Assembly: GCA_041652515.1 (NCBI GenBank)
Contig: JBAZHD010000005.1
Coordinates: forward strand, 3,690-67,689
From: Methanoregula sp.
Lineage (GTDB): Archaea; Halobacteriota; Methanomicrobia; Methanomicrobiales; Methanospirillaceae
Length of the DNA: 64,000 nucleotides
Reading direction: 5' to 3'
Shown here: positions 10,820 through 20,542 of the stretch, piece by piece
How the letters are laid out: every line of letters begins with the position of its first letter
Numbering within the stretch: the stretch's first letter is position 1
Translations under genes and position numbers: made by a program
The notes under the pieces: generated by a model
Told to the model about the DNA's origin: nothing
The model's input: the letters and a program-made list of their open reading frames with translations, nothing else
The model's database searches: none

Positions 10820-13129
10820 TCACGATGAAACTGTTTCAGATCGCACAGATTCCATGACAGATTCGGATGCCGCAGGTTCATGGCAGAGTTCCCCAAGAAT
10901 AAGAATTGTCGCATCTTTATCAAGAGGCTGGTTGTCATTCCCGCATTTTGGGGAGTAAATGCACGACGGGCACCCTTTCTCGCACGTGCAGTCCCGCACC
11001 AGCTCATGAGCACTGGCGAGCAGGGCCGGGAGAACCTCATACGCCTTTTCAGCAAGACCGATACCTCCCTCACAGGCATCGTAGACAAATATTACCGGTT
11101 CCCCGGTCTCGCCAAACATAGATGAAGAGAGCCCCCCGATATCCCACCGGTCGCACATGACATGCAGGGGCATGAGTGCGATGATCGCGTGTTCTGCGCC
11201 GTGAAGACCACCGGCAAGATCGCGCCCGATCGCGTTGACTTTCTTTCCGACAGGGTCCGGTGGAACAATCCAGAACGCTTTTGTCCGGAAGGTCAGCGGG
11301 GGGAGCGTGAGAGGTTCCACACCGATGATCGTATCTTTGCGCTTGATCTTGTAGCCGGTTATTGTTTCCGTCACGTCCACCACGCCAAACGCACATTTCA
11401 TACCATTGACCAGCCGGCTCCCGATTGTTTCGATCACGTCCAGGCTGACCTCCTTGAGGGGCTGGGTATAATAATCAACATCGGTTTCGGATACACGAAC
11501 CGTATGCGTTTCCAGGTCCATCTCGTTCACTACGTAGGTCACACCCTGGTGGAGCATGATAGCCCCCTTGTGGGCTTCACGGAATGCCTGCCCCCGGTCC
11601 ATGGTTTCGAGTAGCTTTCCTTTACAGACTATGCGGAAGGTCGGCCCGGGAATTCCGTCCAGCTGGACCGCATCCGCTGCCCGTCCCCGCCCGGAATAGA
11701 CCCATCCGCGTGCAGTTTTCCGCACGAGATCGTGAGTGGCGAGATCTGCAAGAAGGGGGAGAAGGGATTCGCCGAAAAATTCGGAATCGGATACGTCATT
11801 TACCGGAAGTTCGGCAGCCGCGCAGAGCAGGTGTCCTGATACTATGTAGGGATTCAGGGTATCGACGATTGCATGTTCATGCGAACGAGAGAAAAAACGG
11901 TCCGGATGATTCATGAAATACTGGTCGAGCGGATTTGCCATGGCAACAAGAATGGCAAGGGAATCGGTCCCGTTTCTGCCGGCACGGCCGGCCTGCTGTC
12001 GTGTCGACATCATAGTACCGGGAAAACCGGAGATGATGACCGCATCCAGTGACCCGATATCGATCCCGAGCTCGAGCGCATTGGTGGAGACGATCCCTTT
12101 CATCAGCCCGTCCTTCAGCTGCCGTTCGATCCCCCTGCGTTCTTCCGGAAGATACCCGGCCCGGTAAGCGGAGATGGAATCTGCGAGACGGGAGGACGTA
12201 TGCCGGGCATCCTCGCGGGCCCAGAGCGTCACCAGTTCTGCCATCTTCCGGGAACCGGTAAAGCAGAGGGTCTGGAGGTCTTCCTTAACGCAGGAAAGCA
12301 GGAGATCTTTTGTTTCCTGATGTGCAGACCGTTCACCAATCCCGTCATAGAACGGATTATACAGGACAAAAGTCTTTCTGCCATGGGGGGAACCGTCTTC
12401 AGAGATCAGGTCGAACGGCTGGCCGGTGAGGTTTCCTGCAAACTCGACCGGGTTTGCAATGGTAGCGGTTGAGAGGACAAACTGCGGTCCTGAACCATAA
12501 AAAAGACAGATGCGCAGCAATCTTCTAAGGAGAAACGCGATATGCGAACCGAAAACCCCGCGGTAGCGGTGGGCCTCATCGATGACGATATACTGCAGGC
12601 CGGAAAAGAACGGGCGCCATTTCGCATGCCATGAGAGTACCTGGTGCAGTTCGTGAGGATTGGAGACAATAATCCTTGCATTATCACGGATGGCAGCCCG
12701 CTTTGATTGCGGGGTATCGCCGTCATAAATTGCCGGTTTTGCTGGTATGCCCGTGAACAGGGCCATCTGTTCAAGTGTTGCGAGCTGGTCGTTGGAGAGC
12801 GCTTTTGTCGGGTACAGGTATAATGCCCGGGCAGCCGGATCCAGTTCCAGTTTCTCAAAGACCGGCATGTTGAACGCCAGCGTTTTGCCGCTTGCTGTTG
12901 GGGTGGTGATGATCACATTTTTCCCGGCACGGATATGATCGATAGCATCGCACTGGTGGGAATATAACCTGATTCTTTTCTGATCGAGATATGCGACAAG
13001 CGCTGGGGATAAAGGTGTTCTGAGTTTCCCATACCGGGCTTCTTTTGGCTCGCTCACATCAGTGTGAACGACCCGGTTCCGGTATACCGGATTTGCACTA
13101 AGGAGACGGAGCAGATCAGCAATGGCCAT
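10820..13129 (-). CDS. DEAH-box helicase with C-terminal DUF1998 zinc domain (YprA/MrfA/Hrq1 family)
   Basis: TPTASGKT, DEAH, STNALELGIDIG, QQAGRAGR, HGAEHA, CTCEKGCPSC. Confidence 0.9.
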   Translation of the reverse strand: MAIADLLRLLSANPVYRNRVVHTDVSEPKEARYGKLRTPLSPALVAYLDQKRIRLYSHQCDAIDHIRAGKNVIITTPTASGKTLAFNMPVFEKLELDPAARALYLYPTKALSNDQLATLEQMALFTGIPAKPAIYDGDTPQSKRAAIRDNARIIVSNPHELHQVLSWHAKWRPFFSGLQYIVIDEAHRYRGVFGSHIAFLLRRLLRICLFYGSGPQFVLSTATIANPVEFAGNLTGQPFDLISEDGSPHGRKTFVLYNPFYDGIGERSAHQETKDLLLSCVKEDLQTLCFTGSRKMAELVTLWAREDARHTSSRLADSISAYRAGYLPEERRGIERQLKDGLMKGIVSTNALELGIDIGSLDAVIISGFPGTMMSTRQQAGRAGRNGTDSLAILVAMANPLDQYFMNHPDRFFSRSHEHAIVDTLNPYIVSGHLLCAAAELPVNDVSDSEFFGESLLPLLADLATHDLVRKTARGWVYSGRGRAADAVQLDGIPGPTFRIVCKGKLLETMDRGQAFREAHKGAIMLHQGVTYVVNEMDLETHTVRVSETDVDYYTQPLKEVSLDVIETIGSRLVNGMKCAFGVVDVTETITGYKIKRKDTIIGVEPLTLPPLTFRTKAFWIVPPDPVGKKVNAIGRDLAGGLHGAEHAIIALMPLHVMCDRWDIGGLSSSMFGETGEPVIFVYDACEGGIGLAEKAYEVLPALLASAHELVRDCTCEKGCPSCIYSPKCGNDNQPLDKDATILILGELCHEPAASESVMESVRSETVSS

Positions 13130-14207
13130 TTACTTCCTCCAGAAGGTGGAAAAACAGCCTTGCAGTTGATATTACATCCTGCCGGTTATGCTCAACGATT
13201 GGTACCAACGGTCCGCAGTTACCGGAGCGGAGATATGTCTCATAAAATTCCGGTACCATCTGCCCGGGAACATCATCGTCGCGATGGACACCCAGGATCT
13301 CCTTCTCAAGCGCAGAGAGGCGTAATGAGGGAAGTTCATCCTTCCACCGCCGCCGGCTGAAATGGAGTACATCGAAATGGGGAATCCCAAAAAGTGCACC
13401 CAACCCATAGTAGGCAAGCCGGTCTGATATATAGGGGGCATCGAATGACTTCCCGTTGAACGTGACCAGGGCAGGATGGTCAGAAGTAAAATGATCCATC
13501 GTTGCCAGGAGGGCCGCCGGTTCTTCTGCAATATCACGCAACAGGTATTGCCGGACAACAAGCTGGCTATGCTCAAGGAATCCAACTCCGAAGAGGATTA
13601 TCGGGCGGGAAAAGAGACCCATGGTCTCGATATCAAGGAATACATAATCCCCGGGTTCGTGGAGACCTGCGGTGCCAAGAACATGGGGATGAGATTTCGC
13701 ATGCCGGTTTCCGATAAGGTCCATAATCTCCCCGGAATTCCCGTAAGAGATACATTCGGTTACCCTGCGTGCATGTGACCGGAATTTGGGATGTTCCATA
13801 AGGTCATTCAGGGTTTGGTACCCCCGCTTTTTCAGCCGCGTCTCCGTGGCTTTTCCGACCCCGTGGACGAGGGTAAGGTCCCCAAGAATTGCAGCCAGAT
13901 ACCGGTCCTGATCGAATGCAGGACTGTCCAGGGGTTCCCGGCTCTCCAGCAGGTAGCAGGTGCCAGCCTCGGTTACGTGTTCCCTGCCACCACAAAAGAC
14001 CGTATTAAAACTACATCCATTATACCGTGCAAGGAGATCGCTGAGGTATTGCCGGGCTCCATCGTATTCAGATGAGAATACAATATTATTCGAAAAACTC
14101 GTTGCGAACACATTGCCGTCGCGGACAACCTCATATTCCCGCAGGGTATCCATCCGCTGTTGCCAGAGATCCCCAATCCGGGCCTGAGGAGCGTGTGTTG
14201 CAGACAT
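13116..14207 (-). CDS. RNase H-like (YprB/MrfB-type) exonuclease with helix-hairpin-helix motif
   Basis: FLDIETMG, TFNGKSFD, HFDVLH, HNRQDV; VHGVGKATE HhH; overlaps the helicase start. Confidence 0.85.
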   Translation of the reverse strand: MSATHAPQARIGDLWQQRMDTLREYEVVRDGNVFATSFSNNIVFSSEYDGARQYLSDLLARYNGCSFNTVFCGGREHVTEAGTCYLLESREPLDSPAFDQDRYLAAILGDLTLVHGVGKATETRLKKRGYQTLNDLMEHPKFRSHARRVTECISYGNSGEIMDLIGNRHAKSHPHVLGTAGLHEPGDYVFLDIETMGLFSRPIILFGVGFLEHSQLVVRQYLLRDIAEEPAALLATMDHFTSDHPALVTFNGKSFDAPYISDRLAYYGLGALFGIPHFDVLHFSRRRWKDELPSLRLSALEKEILGVHRDDDVPGQMVPEFYETYLRSGNCGPLVPIVEHNRQDVISTARLFFHLLEEVNGHC

Positions 14208-14438
14208 CGTCAGATTAAAATCCGAACCGGGGAATTTTAACTACCCACCGTGCAGTGTGAAAGTAACGGAATTTCTCATTGGCTGATGGGATGGGTCAAC
14301 AGAGGGATACAGGAAAAAATCAAGGGATCAGACATCCATTTCAGGAAATAATCGGGACATTAATCTTATAAAAAAGGTAAACATCATTTCATACGAGGTA
14401 GTCATGAAAGACCGGTTTTTACCCACGATTCCCCGGGG

Positions 14439-15227
14439 ATGGTCGGAATGAAAGATATCCGGGGATTTCTGATTGATCTCGACGGGGTTCTGTATGTAGG
14501 GAACCGGGCTGTTGACGGTGCACGGGATGCAATCGAATTCTTAAGGGAAACCGGGTACCCTTTCAGATGCATATCCAACACCACCAGAAAATGCCGGCAT
14601 TCTGTTGCCAGTCGCCTGTCATCAATGGGATTTGAGATTCCGGAAAACCATATTTTCACTCCCCCGCTTGCAGCGATTGCATATATGAAAAAATCCGGAA
14701 GGACTGATTATTATCTTCTTGCAACCGGGGATGTTGACAGGGACTTTGAGGAAATAAAAAATAACAGTCCTGGGACGAAGCCGGACTGGGTAATAATCGG
14801 CGATGCTGGCGATAAGATCACCTACGACAGCATGAACACGGCATTCCGTTTCCTGATGGATGGCGCGGAACTGTTAGCGCTTGAGAATGACCGGTACTGG
14901 ATGGCTGATGGCGGACTTTCTCTCTCGGCAGGACCGATCGTCAAAGCCTTGGAGTATGCAACCGGAAAAACTGCCATGGTGATGGGAAAACCTTCCCAGA
15001 CTTTTTTCAACCTCGCTCTTGAGGATATGCACCTGGGTCCGGAGCACGTGGCAATGATTGGCGATGATATTATTACGGACATTGGTGGGGCATATCATGC
15101 AGGAATGAAAGGCATTCTTGTAAGGACCGGGAAGTTCCGGAGCGATTCGGTTGACGCAGCTGAAATCAAACCCACCTGCATCATAGACTCCATTTCCCGG
15201 ATTCAGGACGTAATACCTCGCAGGTAA
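14439..15227 (+). CDS. HAD-superfamily IIA hydrolase
   Basis: DLDGVL, SNTT, MGKP, MIGDDIITD. Confidence 0.9.
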   Translation: MVGMKDIRGFLIDLDGVLYVGNRAVDGARDAIEFLRETGYPFRCISNTTRKCRHSVASRLSSMGFEIPENHIFTPPLAAIAYMKKSGRTDYYLLATGDVDRDFEEIKNNSPGTKPDWVIIGDAGDKITYDSMNTAFRFLMDGAELLALENDRYWMADGGLSLSAGPIVKALEYATGKTAMVMGKPSQTFFNLALEDMHLGPEHVAMIGDDIITDIGGAYHAGMKGILVRTGKFRSDSVDAAEIKPTCIIDSISRIQDVIPRR

Positions 15228-15283
15228 TACAGGGGTCCGGGAAGTTTTAAAAAAAATAATGACAGGATGAGGCAGGATTTTTA

Positions 15284-16198
15284 TTATGGGATATCGTCCG
15301 GAATAAGAAGTCCCGGAGAAGGATAATCCGGGGAGGGTTCCTTTCCCCCGGTAGCTTGGTTTATACGCGCAAGAGCAGTATCGCAATACTGGCGTGAGAC
15401 ATCAATACCAATAAAACGGCGCCCAAGTTTATACGCTACCAGCGAACTGGTCCCTGCGCCGTTGAAGGGATCCAGCACAATGTCATTTTTATAAGAGAAT
15501 AACTTCATCAGCCTGCGGGGCAGCTCTTCAGGAAACATGGCAGGATGATCATAGTCTTTCATCCGGATTTCCGGAGGAAACGACCATTTACCCAGCACCC
15601 ATTCCTTGAATTCATCACCCGTGATATCGATATCCTCAGATCTGCCACTCTTTTTATGGGACTCTTTTGAAAAAACTTCGATGAACTCCCACGTGTATTT
15701 TATGTAAGGCATCGAGGGGGATTTCCAGCTTCCCCACGCCGTGTACTTGGCATTGTAATTGTTTTTCTCCCAGAGGAACTCGGCCTTCCAGAGAAGACCA
15801 AGGTCAGCCAGCTGGCGGGAGATGACATGATGTGTCGGGATATAATCCGAGAAGAGGGGCTGGACATTAACGGCAATCCGGCCCCCCGGTATGAGTATCC
15901 GTTCGCATTCGCGCCATACTGCGAGCAGGTTTTCAAAATATTCATTCCATTCATGGGTATCATCATGGGGGTCCTGTGCATAGGAATGCCCAAAATTATA
16001 GGGTGGAGAAGTAACGATAAGATCGATGCTCCGGTCCGGAATACGGGAAAGGACAGCCCGTGCATCCCCGCAGACAATCTGGTTTATGAAGGCGGATACG
16101 TCGGGGGATTCATCGGAGCGGAGTGATTTTTTCGCCTCTTTTGATCCCTTCCGGATCCTTGCTTTCCCCTCCTTATCCCGGACTTTCTCCTGCCTCAT
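15284..16198 (-). CDS. Site-specific amino-DNA methyltransferase, beta class (probably N4-cytosine)
   Basis: N-terminal catalytic motif IV TSPPY; HPAMFP; C-terminal SAM-binding motif I DPFNGAGTS. Confidence 0.88.
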   Translation of the reverse strand: MRQEKVRDKEGKARIRKGSKEAKKSLRSDESPDVSAFINQIVCGDARAVLSRIPDRSIDLIVTSPPYNFGHSYAQDPHDDTHEWNEYFENLLAVWRECERILIPGGRIAVNVQPLFSDYIPTHHVISRQLADLGLLWKAEFLWEKNNYNAKYTAWGSWKSPSMPYIKYTWEFIEVFSKESHKKSGRSEDIDITGDEFKEWVLGKWSFPPEIRMKDYDHPAMFPEELPRRLMKLFSYKNDIVLDPFNGAGTSSLVAYKLGRRFIGIDVSRQYCDTALARINQATGGKEPSPDYPSPGLLIPDDIP

Positions 16199-16268
16199 TC
16201 CGTTTTTCCCGGGTACACATTACCGCATATGAGTAAAAGGGTGCCTGTTTTATTATCAAGATCCTGAA

Positions 16269-16640
16269 CGCGACTTTGAAATTGCAATCGCTATCACGAT
16301 CGCGATCAAAAACCGTTCCGGAAAAATCGCTGATCGATTTTGATCTCATAATCGATCAGCGATTTCCGGATCAAAAACGATCAGTGATTTTCATTTTCAA
16401 ATCGATCAGCGATTGAAAACCAAGTTCAGGACCACAAATACAGACGGAACGCAAAATCGGATCGCGATTTTCGTACGAAAATCGATCAGCGATTTACATT
16501 TTGAAATCGATCAGCGATTTTGAAATCGTAATCGCGATCACGATCGCGATTGAAAACCGTTCCGGAAAAATCGCGATCCGATTTTGATCCGGAAATCGAT
16601 CAGCGATTTTTATGTGAAAACCGGATCGCGGTTGAAAAAC
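16269..16640. repeat. GATC-rich 25-bp-period palindromic repeat element, copy A
   Basis: Cores of ATCGATCAGCGAT type at 16326, 16351, 16376, 16401, 16456, 16481, 16506, 16570, 16595, 16620; 20-bp palindromes at 16287 and 16531. Confidence 0.92.
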
Positions 16641-16748
16641 CGGAGCCGGGTCCGTTCCCGGTATCCGTGTTTTCTCCATTGCCGGTATGCGTATGTCCCG
16701 TTGAAAAGCGTTTAATGCTGCAATCGACATACATTCTTCGATTGAATT

Positions 16749-17480
16749 ATGCTGCATATCGAACACCTTCATGTAAATATCGGCGACAAGGAAGTGTTGC
16801 GCGATATTAATCTCCATATCGAGGAAGGGGAGACTCATGTGCTGCTCGGTCCCAACGGGTCGGGTAAGACCACGCTCCTTATGACGATCATGGGGTTTTC
16901 CAGTTATACGATAACAAAGGGAAAGATCACCTTCAAGGGAGAGGACGTGACGATGATGCACGCCCACGAGCGTGCGAAACGCGGGATTGGGATGCTGTTC
17001 CAGCGGCCACCCACAATATCCGGCCTGAAACTGGGAAAAATGCTGACTGCAATTTCCCGTACAAAGCAGGAAAACATCCTGGAACTGGCTAAATCGGTTC
17101 ACATGGACAAATTCCTCGAACGAGATATCAATAAGGGATTCTCCGGGGGCGAGATCAAGCGCAGCGAGGTTCTGCAGTTAATGATCCAGAACCCGGACTT
17201 CGTCATGCTCGATGAACCCGAGAGTGGGGTCGATCTCGAGAATATTTCCCTGATCGGGACAACAATCGGTGCACTGCTGGAAAAGGATAAGTACCTTGCC
17301 AAACGGAAAAAAAGCGGCCTTGTCATAACGCACACCGGGTATATCCTTGATTACCTTGACGCAGACAAAGGCCATGTGATGTGTGATGGTTCGATCCGGT
17401 GCCACGGAAATCCCCGGGAAATTTTAAAGGATATCAAACAGCGCGGATATAAGGAGTGTCTCGAATGTCGCAACCAGTGA
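16749..17480 (+). CDS. sufC: Fe-S cluster assembly ABC ATPase SufC (SmsC-type, C-terminal CxxC)
   Basis: GPNGSGKT, FSGGEIKRSE, LDEPESGVD, ITH, terminal CLEC. Confidence 0.88.
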   Translation: MLHIEHLHVNIGDKEVLRDINLHIEEGETHVLLGPNGSGKTTLLMTIMGFSSYTITKGKITFKGEDVTMMHAHERAKRGIGMLFQRPPTISGLKLGKMLTAISRTKQENILELAKSVHMDKFLERDINKGFSGGEIKRSEVLQLMIQNPDFVMLDEPESGVDLENISLIGTTIGALLEKDKYLAKRKKSGLVITHTGYILDYLDADKGHVMCDGSIRCHGNPREILKDIKQRGYKECLECRNQ

Positions 17481-18577
17481 TACCAGAACTGTCAAAAGCT
17501 GACCAGGCCCGTCTCGCACAGTCAGGAATCGACCTTTCCATGAAGAACCGGTGCGGGAGCTACCTCCAGATGGACCAGGATGTCGTTCATTCAGAGTGTG
17601 GACAGGAAGGAATCGAAGTCCTGTCATACAAGAAAGCAATGGAAAAATACGACGGGCTTAAAGAATATGCATGGAAGGTAGTCTCACCGGAAAAGGATGA
17701 GATCACAAAATACGTTGCAGCCCAGAAAGATCCCAAGGGGTACGTGATTATTGCTCATAAGGGTTCGAACAATATTTTCCCTATCCAGGCATGCCTCTTC
17801 CTCGGGAAAGAGGAAATCCAGCACGTCCATAACATCATCATCGCTGAAGAAGGAGCAGAACTCCACATCATCTCCGGCTGTACCAGCGGGGAGCATGTTG
17901 GCAAGGGTGGCGCCCATTACGGGGTCTCCGAGTTCTACGTAAAAAAGAACGCCAAGATCAGCTTTACGATGATCCATAACTGGAGCGAAAATATCGAAGT
18001 ATATCCCCGCAGCGCATCTGTTGTTGAGGAAAATGGGGTATTTCTCTCGAATTACGTCTGCATGCAGCCAGTGAAAAAAGTCCAGATGTACCCGACTGCA
18101 ACCCTTACGGGTGCAAATTCCGTTGCCCGGTTCAGCAGTATTGTCATTTCCACACCGGGATCATACATGGATCTCGGTTCGCGGGCGATTCTCGAAGCAC
18201 CCGGTGCAAGCGCCGAACTTATCACCCGTGCCATCACAAAGGGCGGTACCATTATTTCGCGGGGCCACATCAACGGAAAAGTTGCCGGTACCCGGGGGCA
18301 CCTCGAATGCAAGGGACTAATCCTGCAGGACGGACTTATCTACGCGATCCCGGAAATTCAAGGCTCGGTTGTCGGTACGGAACTCTCCCACGAAGCAGCA
18401 GTGGGCAAACTTGCCCGGGACGAGATCGAGTACCTGATGTCACGCGGGCTTGACGAGAATGAGGCAACGGCAACCATCATCCGCGGGTTCCTCGACGTGA
18501 AGATCAGCGGACTTCCTGAAGCATTGCAGCAGCAGATCGATGCTTCTATCGATGAAGCCGAAAAATCCGGGTTCTGA
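17465..18577 (+). CDS. sufB: Fe-S cluster scaffold, SufB/SufD family (SmsB-type)
   Basis: HNIIIAEEG, GHLECKGL, ELSHEAAVGK, YLMSRGL. Confidence 0.85.
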   Translation: MSQPVIPELSKADQARLAQSGIDLSMKNRCGSYLQMDQDVVHSECGQEGIEVLSYKKAMEKYDGLKEYAWKVVSPEKDEITKYVAAQKDPKGYVIIAHKGSNNIFPIQACLFLGKEEIQHVHNIIIAEEGAELHIISGCTSGEHVGKGGAHYGVSEFYVKKNAKISFTMIHNWSENIEVYPRSASVVEENGVFLSNYVCMQPVKKVQMYPTATLTGANSVARFSSIVISTPGSYMDLGSRAILEAPGASAELITRAITKGGTIISRGHINGKVAGTRGHLECKGLILQDGLIYAIPEIQGSVVGTELSHEAAVGKLARDEIEYLMSRGLDENEATATIIRGFLDVKISGLPEALQQQIDASIDEAEKSGF

Positions 18578-18585
18578 ATAAATGT

Positions 18586-19245
18586 ATGTTACCCTATCCC
18601 CGAGCTGATGAACGAATCGCAATGGTGGAACGCCAGATCGCAGCCCGGGGTATTCAAAACCAGCAGGTGCTTGCAGCAATGCGGGAGATTCCCCGCCATC
18701 TCTTTATTCCGCCTCCGTATGACCATGCAGCGTATAAAGATAATCCACTTCCCATCGGGAGCGGACAGACCATCTCCCAGCCATATATCGTTGGACTGAT
18801 GACAGAATTGCTGCACCCGAAAGCGACAGACACTATACTCGAAATCGGGACGGGAAGCGGGTACCAGGCTGCAATTCTCTCCCGGCTCGTGCGAAGGCTG
18901 ACCACAATAGAACGTATCGCAACAGTGGCCGATCTGGCGAGAAGGAATCTGAGGTCTGTCGGTATCGATAATGTCATTGTAATAGAAGGTGACGGCACAC
19001 TCGGATATCCGGACAATGCCCCCTATAACGGGATTATTATCACAGCGGCAACACCGGAGATCCCCAAACCGCTGATCGGACAACTTGCGGATGGAGGATA
19101 CCTTGTTGCTCCTGTCGGGGGACGTGACATCCAGGACCTGATCACACTTCATAAAACGGGAGGATCCTGTGTGCAGGAGTCCCATGGCGGAGTCAGGTTT
19201 GTTCCCCTTCTGGGGAAACACGGCTGGGAGGATAAGAACTCATGA
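18586..19245 (+). CDS. pcm: Protein-L-isoaspartate O-methyltransferase
   Basis: GQTISQP, LEIGTGSGYQAA, VRFVPL. Confidence 0.95.
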   Translation: MLPYPRADERIAMVERQIAARGIQNQQVLAAMREIPRHLFIPPPYDHAAYKDNPLPIGSGQTISQPYIVGLMTELLHPKATDTILEIGTGSGYQAAILSRLVRRLTTIERIATVADLARRNLRSVGIDNVIVIEGDGTLGYPDNAPYNGIIITAATPEIPKPLIGQLADGGYLVAPVGGRDIQDLITLHKTGGSCVQESHGGVRFVPLLGKHGWEDKNS

Positions 19246-19853
19246 AAATAATCGATGTGACACGCGCCCTTAAAAAAGACATGCTGGTGTACCCGGGTGA
19301 CGTCATCCCATCGTTCACCCAGACAGATCAGGGCCTTTACTATATCAGCGATCTGCACATGAGTTCCCACACCGGCACACACATCGATGCTCCCGTGCAT
19401 TATCTCAAAACCGGCGATACTATCGATACAATCCCACTTTGCAAGCTGATCGGCAGAACCCGGGTCATCGATGTGAGTGACAGCAGCACACTCATTACAG
19501 CGGCGCATCTCAAGGGAAGACTCGAAGGAGTTACGCGGCTCCTCTTAAAAACAGGATTTTCCGGCATGGATACGTTTATTGAGGAATATCCTTCCCTGGC
19601 GTTTGATGCTGCGTGCCTTATAACAGATAACCGGATCGAATGTTTAGGGATCGATTCGCCATCCATTGAATCGTTCAACTGTGACGGTTCAGTCCACCGC
19701 CGGCTCCTGAGTAACGGCTGCATCATCATTGAACTGTTGGATTTATCAGATGTGCCGGAAGGTGATTATGAGATGATAGCACTCCCGCTGCGACTTGCTG
19801 GACTTGATGGTTCACCTGCCCGGGTCATCTTAATGAAACAGGAGGATAGGTAA
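19242..19853 (+). CDS. Cyclase-family protein (kynurenine formamidase-like)
   Basis: HTGTHIDAP metal motif, GIDSPS, DGSPAR. Confidence 0.85.
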   Translation: MKIIDVTRALKKDMLVYPGDVIPSFTQTDQGLYYISDLHMSSHTGTHIDAPVHYLKTGDTIDTIPLCKLIGRTRVIDVSDSSTLITAAHLKGRLEGVTRLLLKTGFSGMDTFIEEYPSLAFDAACLITDNRIECLGIDSPSIESFNCDGSVHRRLLSNGCIIIELLDLSDVPEGDYEMIALPLRLAGLDGSPARVILMKQEDR

Positions 19854-19855
19854 AC

Positions 19856-20467
19856 ATGGATATAATCCAGGAATCAGTAAAAAAGATAAAAGATCTCCTT
19901 GAACATGGCGGGTGCGGGGAGGGCGATGTTCTTCTCGATGTAAACCCGGATGCCAGGAACTGCCAGTATGAAAAGGGCGCCTGCATGACCGCATCATTTG
20001 GCGGGAGGACTGCCGATTTTGTCACGTTCGATCCCATCAGGGCACGGACAAAAATCGCGTTCATGTACGATGCACCGCTCGACACACCATCCACACGGGG
20101 GGCTGCTTCAGTAATCGTTAATGTCATCACGGGCTTTTTCTGCCTTTCACGGGTACTTCATGCATGTAAAGTGTCATCTCACGCCCCCTGCCTTGGAGAG
20201 CTGAAGCGGGAAATCGTCGGAAAGAAGATTTTTTGTATCGGAAACATGTCTGAAATCGAACGTCAGTTCGGTGGAATGATTGTGTCGGATCCTGAAATGG
20301 CCGAAGTAATTCTCATCAACGGCGAGGGGATGATCGCGGAAGGTACGGGAGACCTGATTAATCAGTACAAAGAGGAAAAAAAGATACTCTGTATCGGGCC
20401 CTCAGTAGCAGGTGTATCGCGGCTCTATATGCTCGAACACTGGTGCCCGTATGGCAGTTCTTCCTAA
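19856..20467 (+). CDS. Conserved hypothetical protein (possibly DUF364-like)
   Basis: Co-oriented 203-aa ORF with SD GGAGG; Cys-containing; IGPS motif; no confident family. Confidence 0.6.
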   Translation: MDIIQESVKKIKDLLEHGGCGEGDVLLDVNPDARNCQYEKGACMTASFGGRTADFVTFDPIRARTKIAFMYDAPLDTPSTRGAASVIVNVITGFFCLSRVLHACKVSSHAPCLGELKREIVGKKIFCIGNMSEIERQFGGMIVSDPEMAEVILINGEGMIAEGTGDLINQYKEEKKILCIGPSVAGVSRLYMLEHWCPYGSSS

Positions 20468-20542
20468 GATCATTCACGGGTACTATTTGCGATAATCTGT
20501 CGAAGATAAAACTCTTTTTAGGCAGACCGCCAATGATGTTGC

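Noticed and set aside
15284-16198. Complete type II restriction-modification system
   Set aside because: The flanking genes are a HAD hydrolase and sufC; no endonuclease-like ORF is adjacent
16269-16640. CRISPR array interpretation of the periodic repeats (also 40830-41186)
   Set aside because: The period is only 25 bp with 13-bp degenerate cores in mixed orientation; the linkers are homologous between copies rather than unique spacers; there are no cas genes in the window
16494-17102. ORFs crossing the repeat element (16494-17102 minus, 16550-16810 plus)
   Set aside because: They are translations of a non-triplet repeat plus antisense or off-frame sufC, with no protein features
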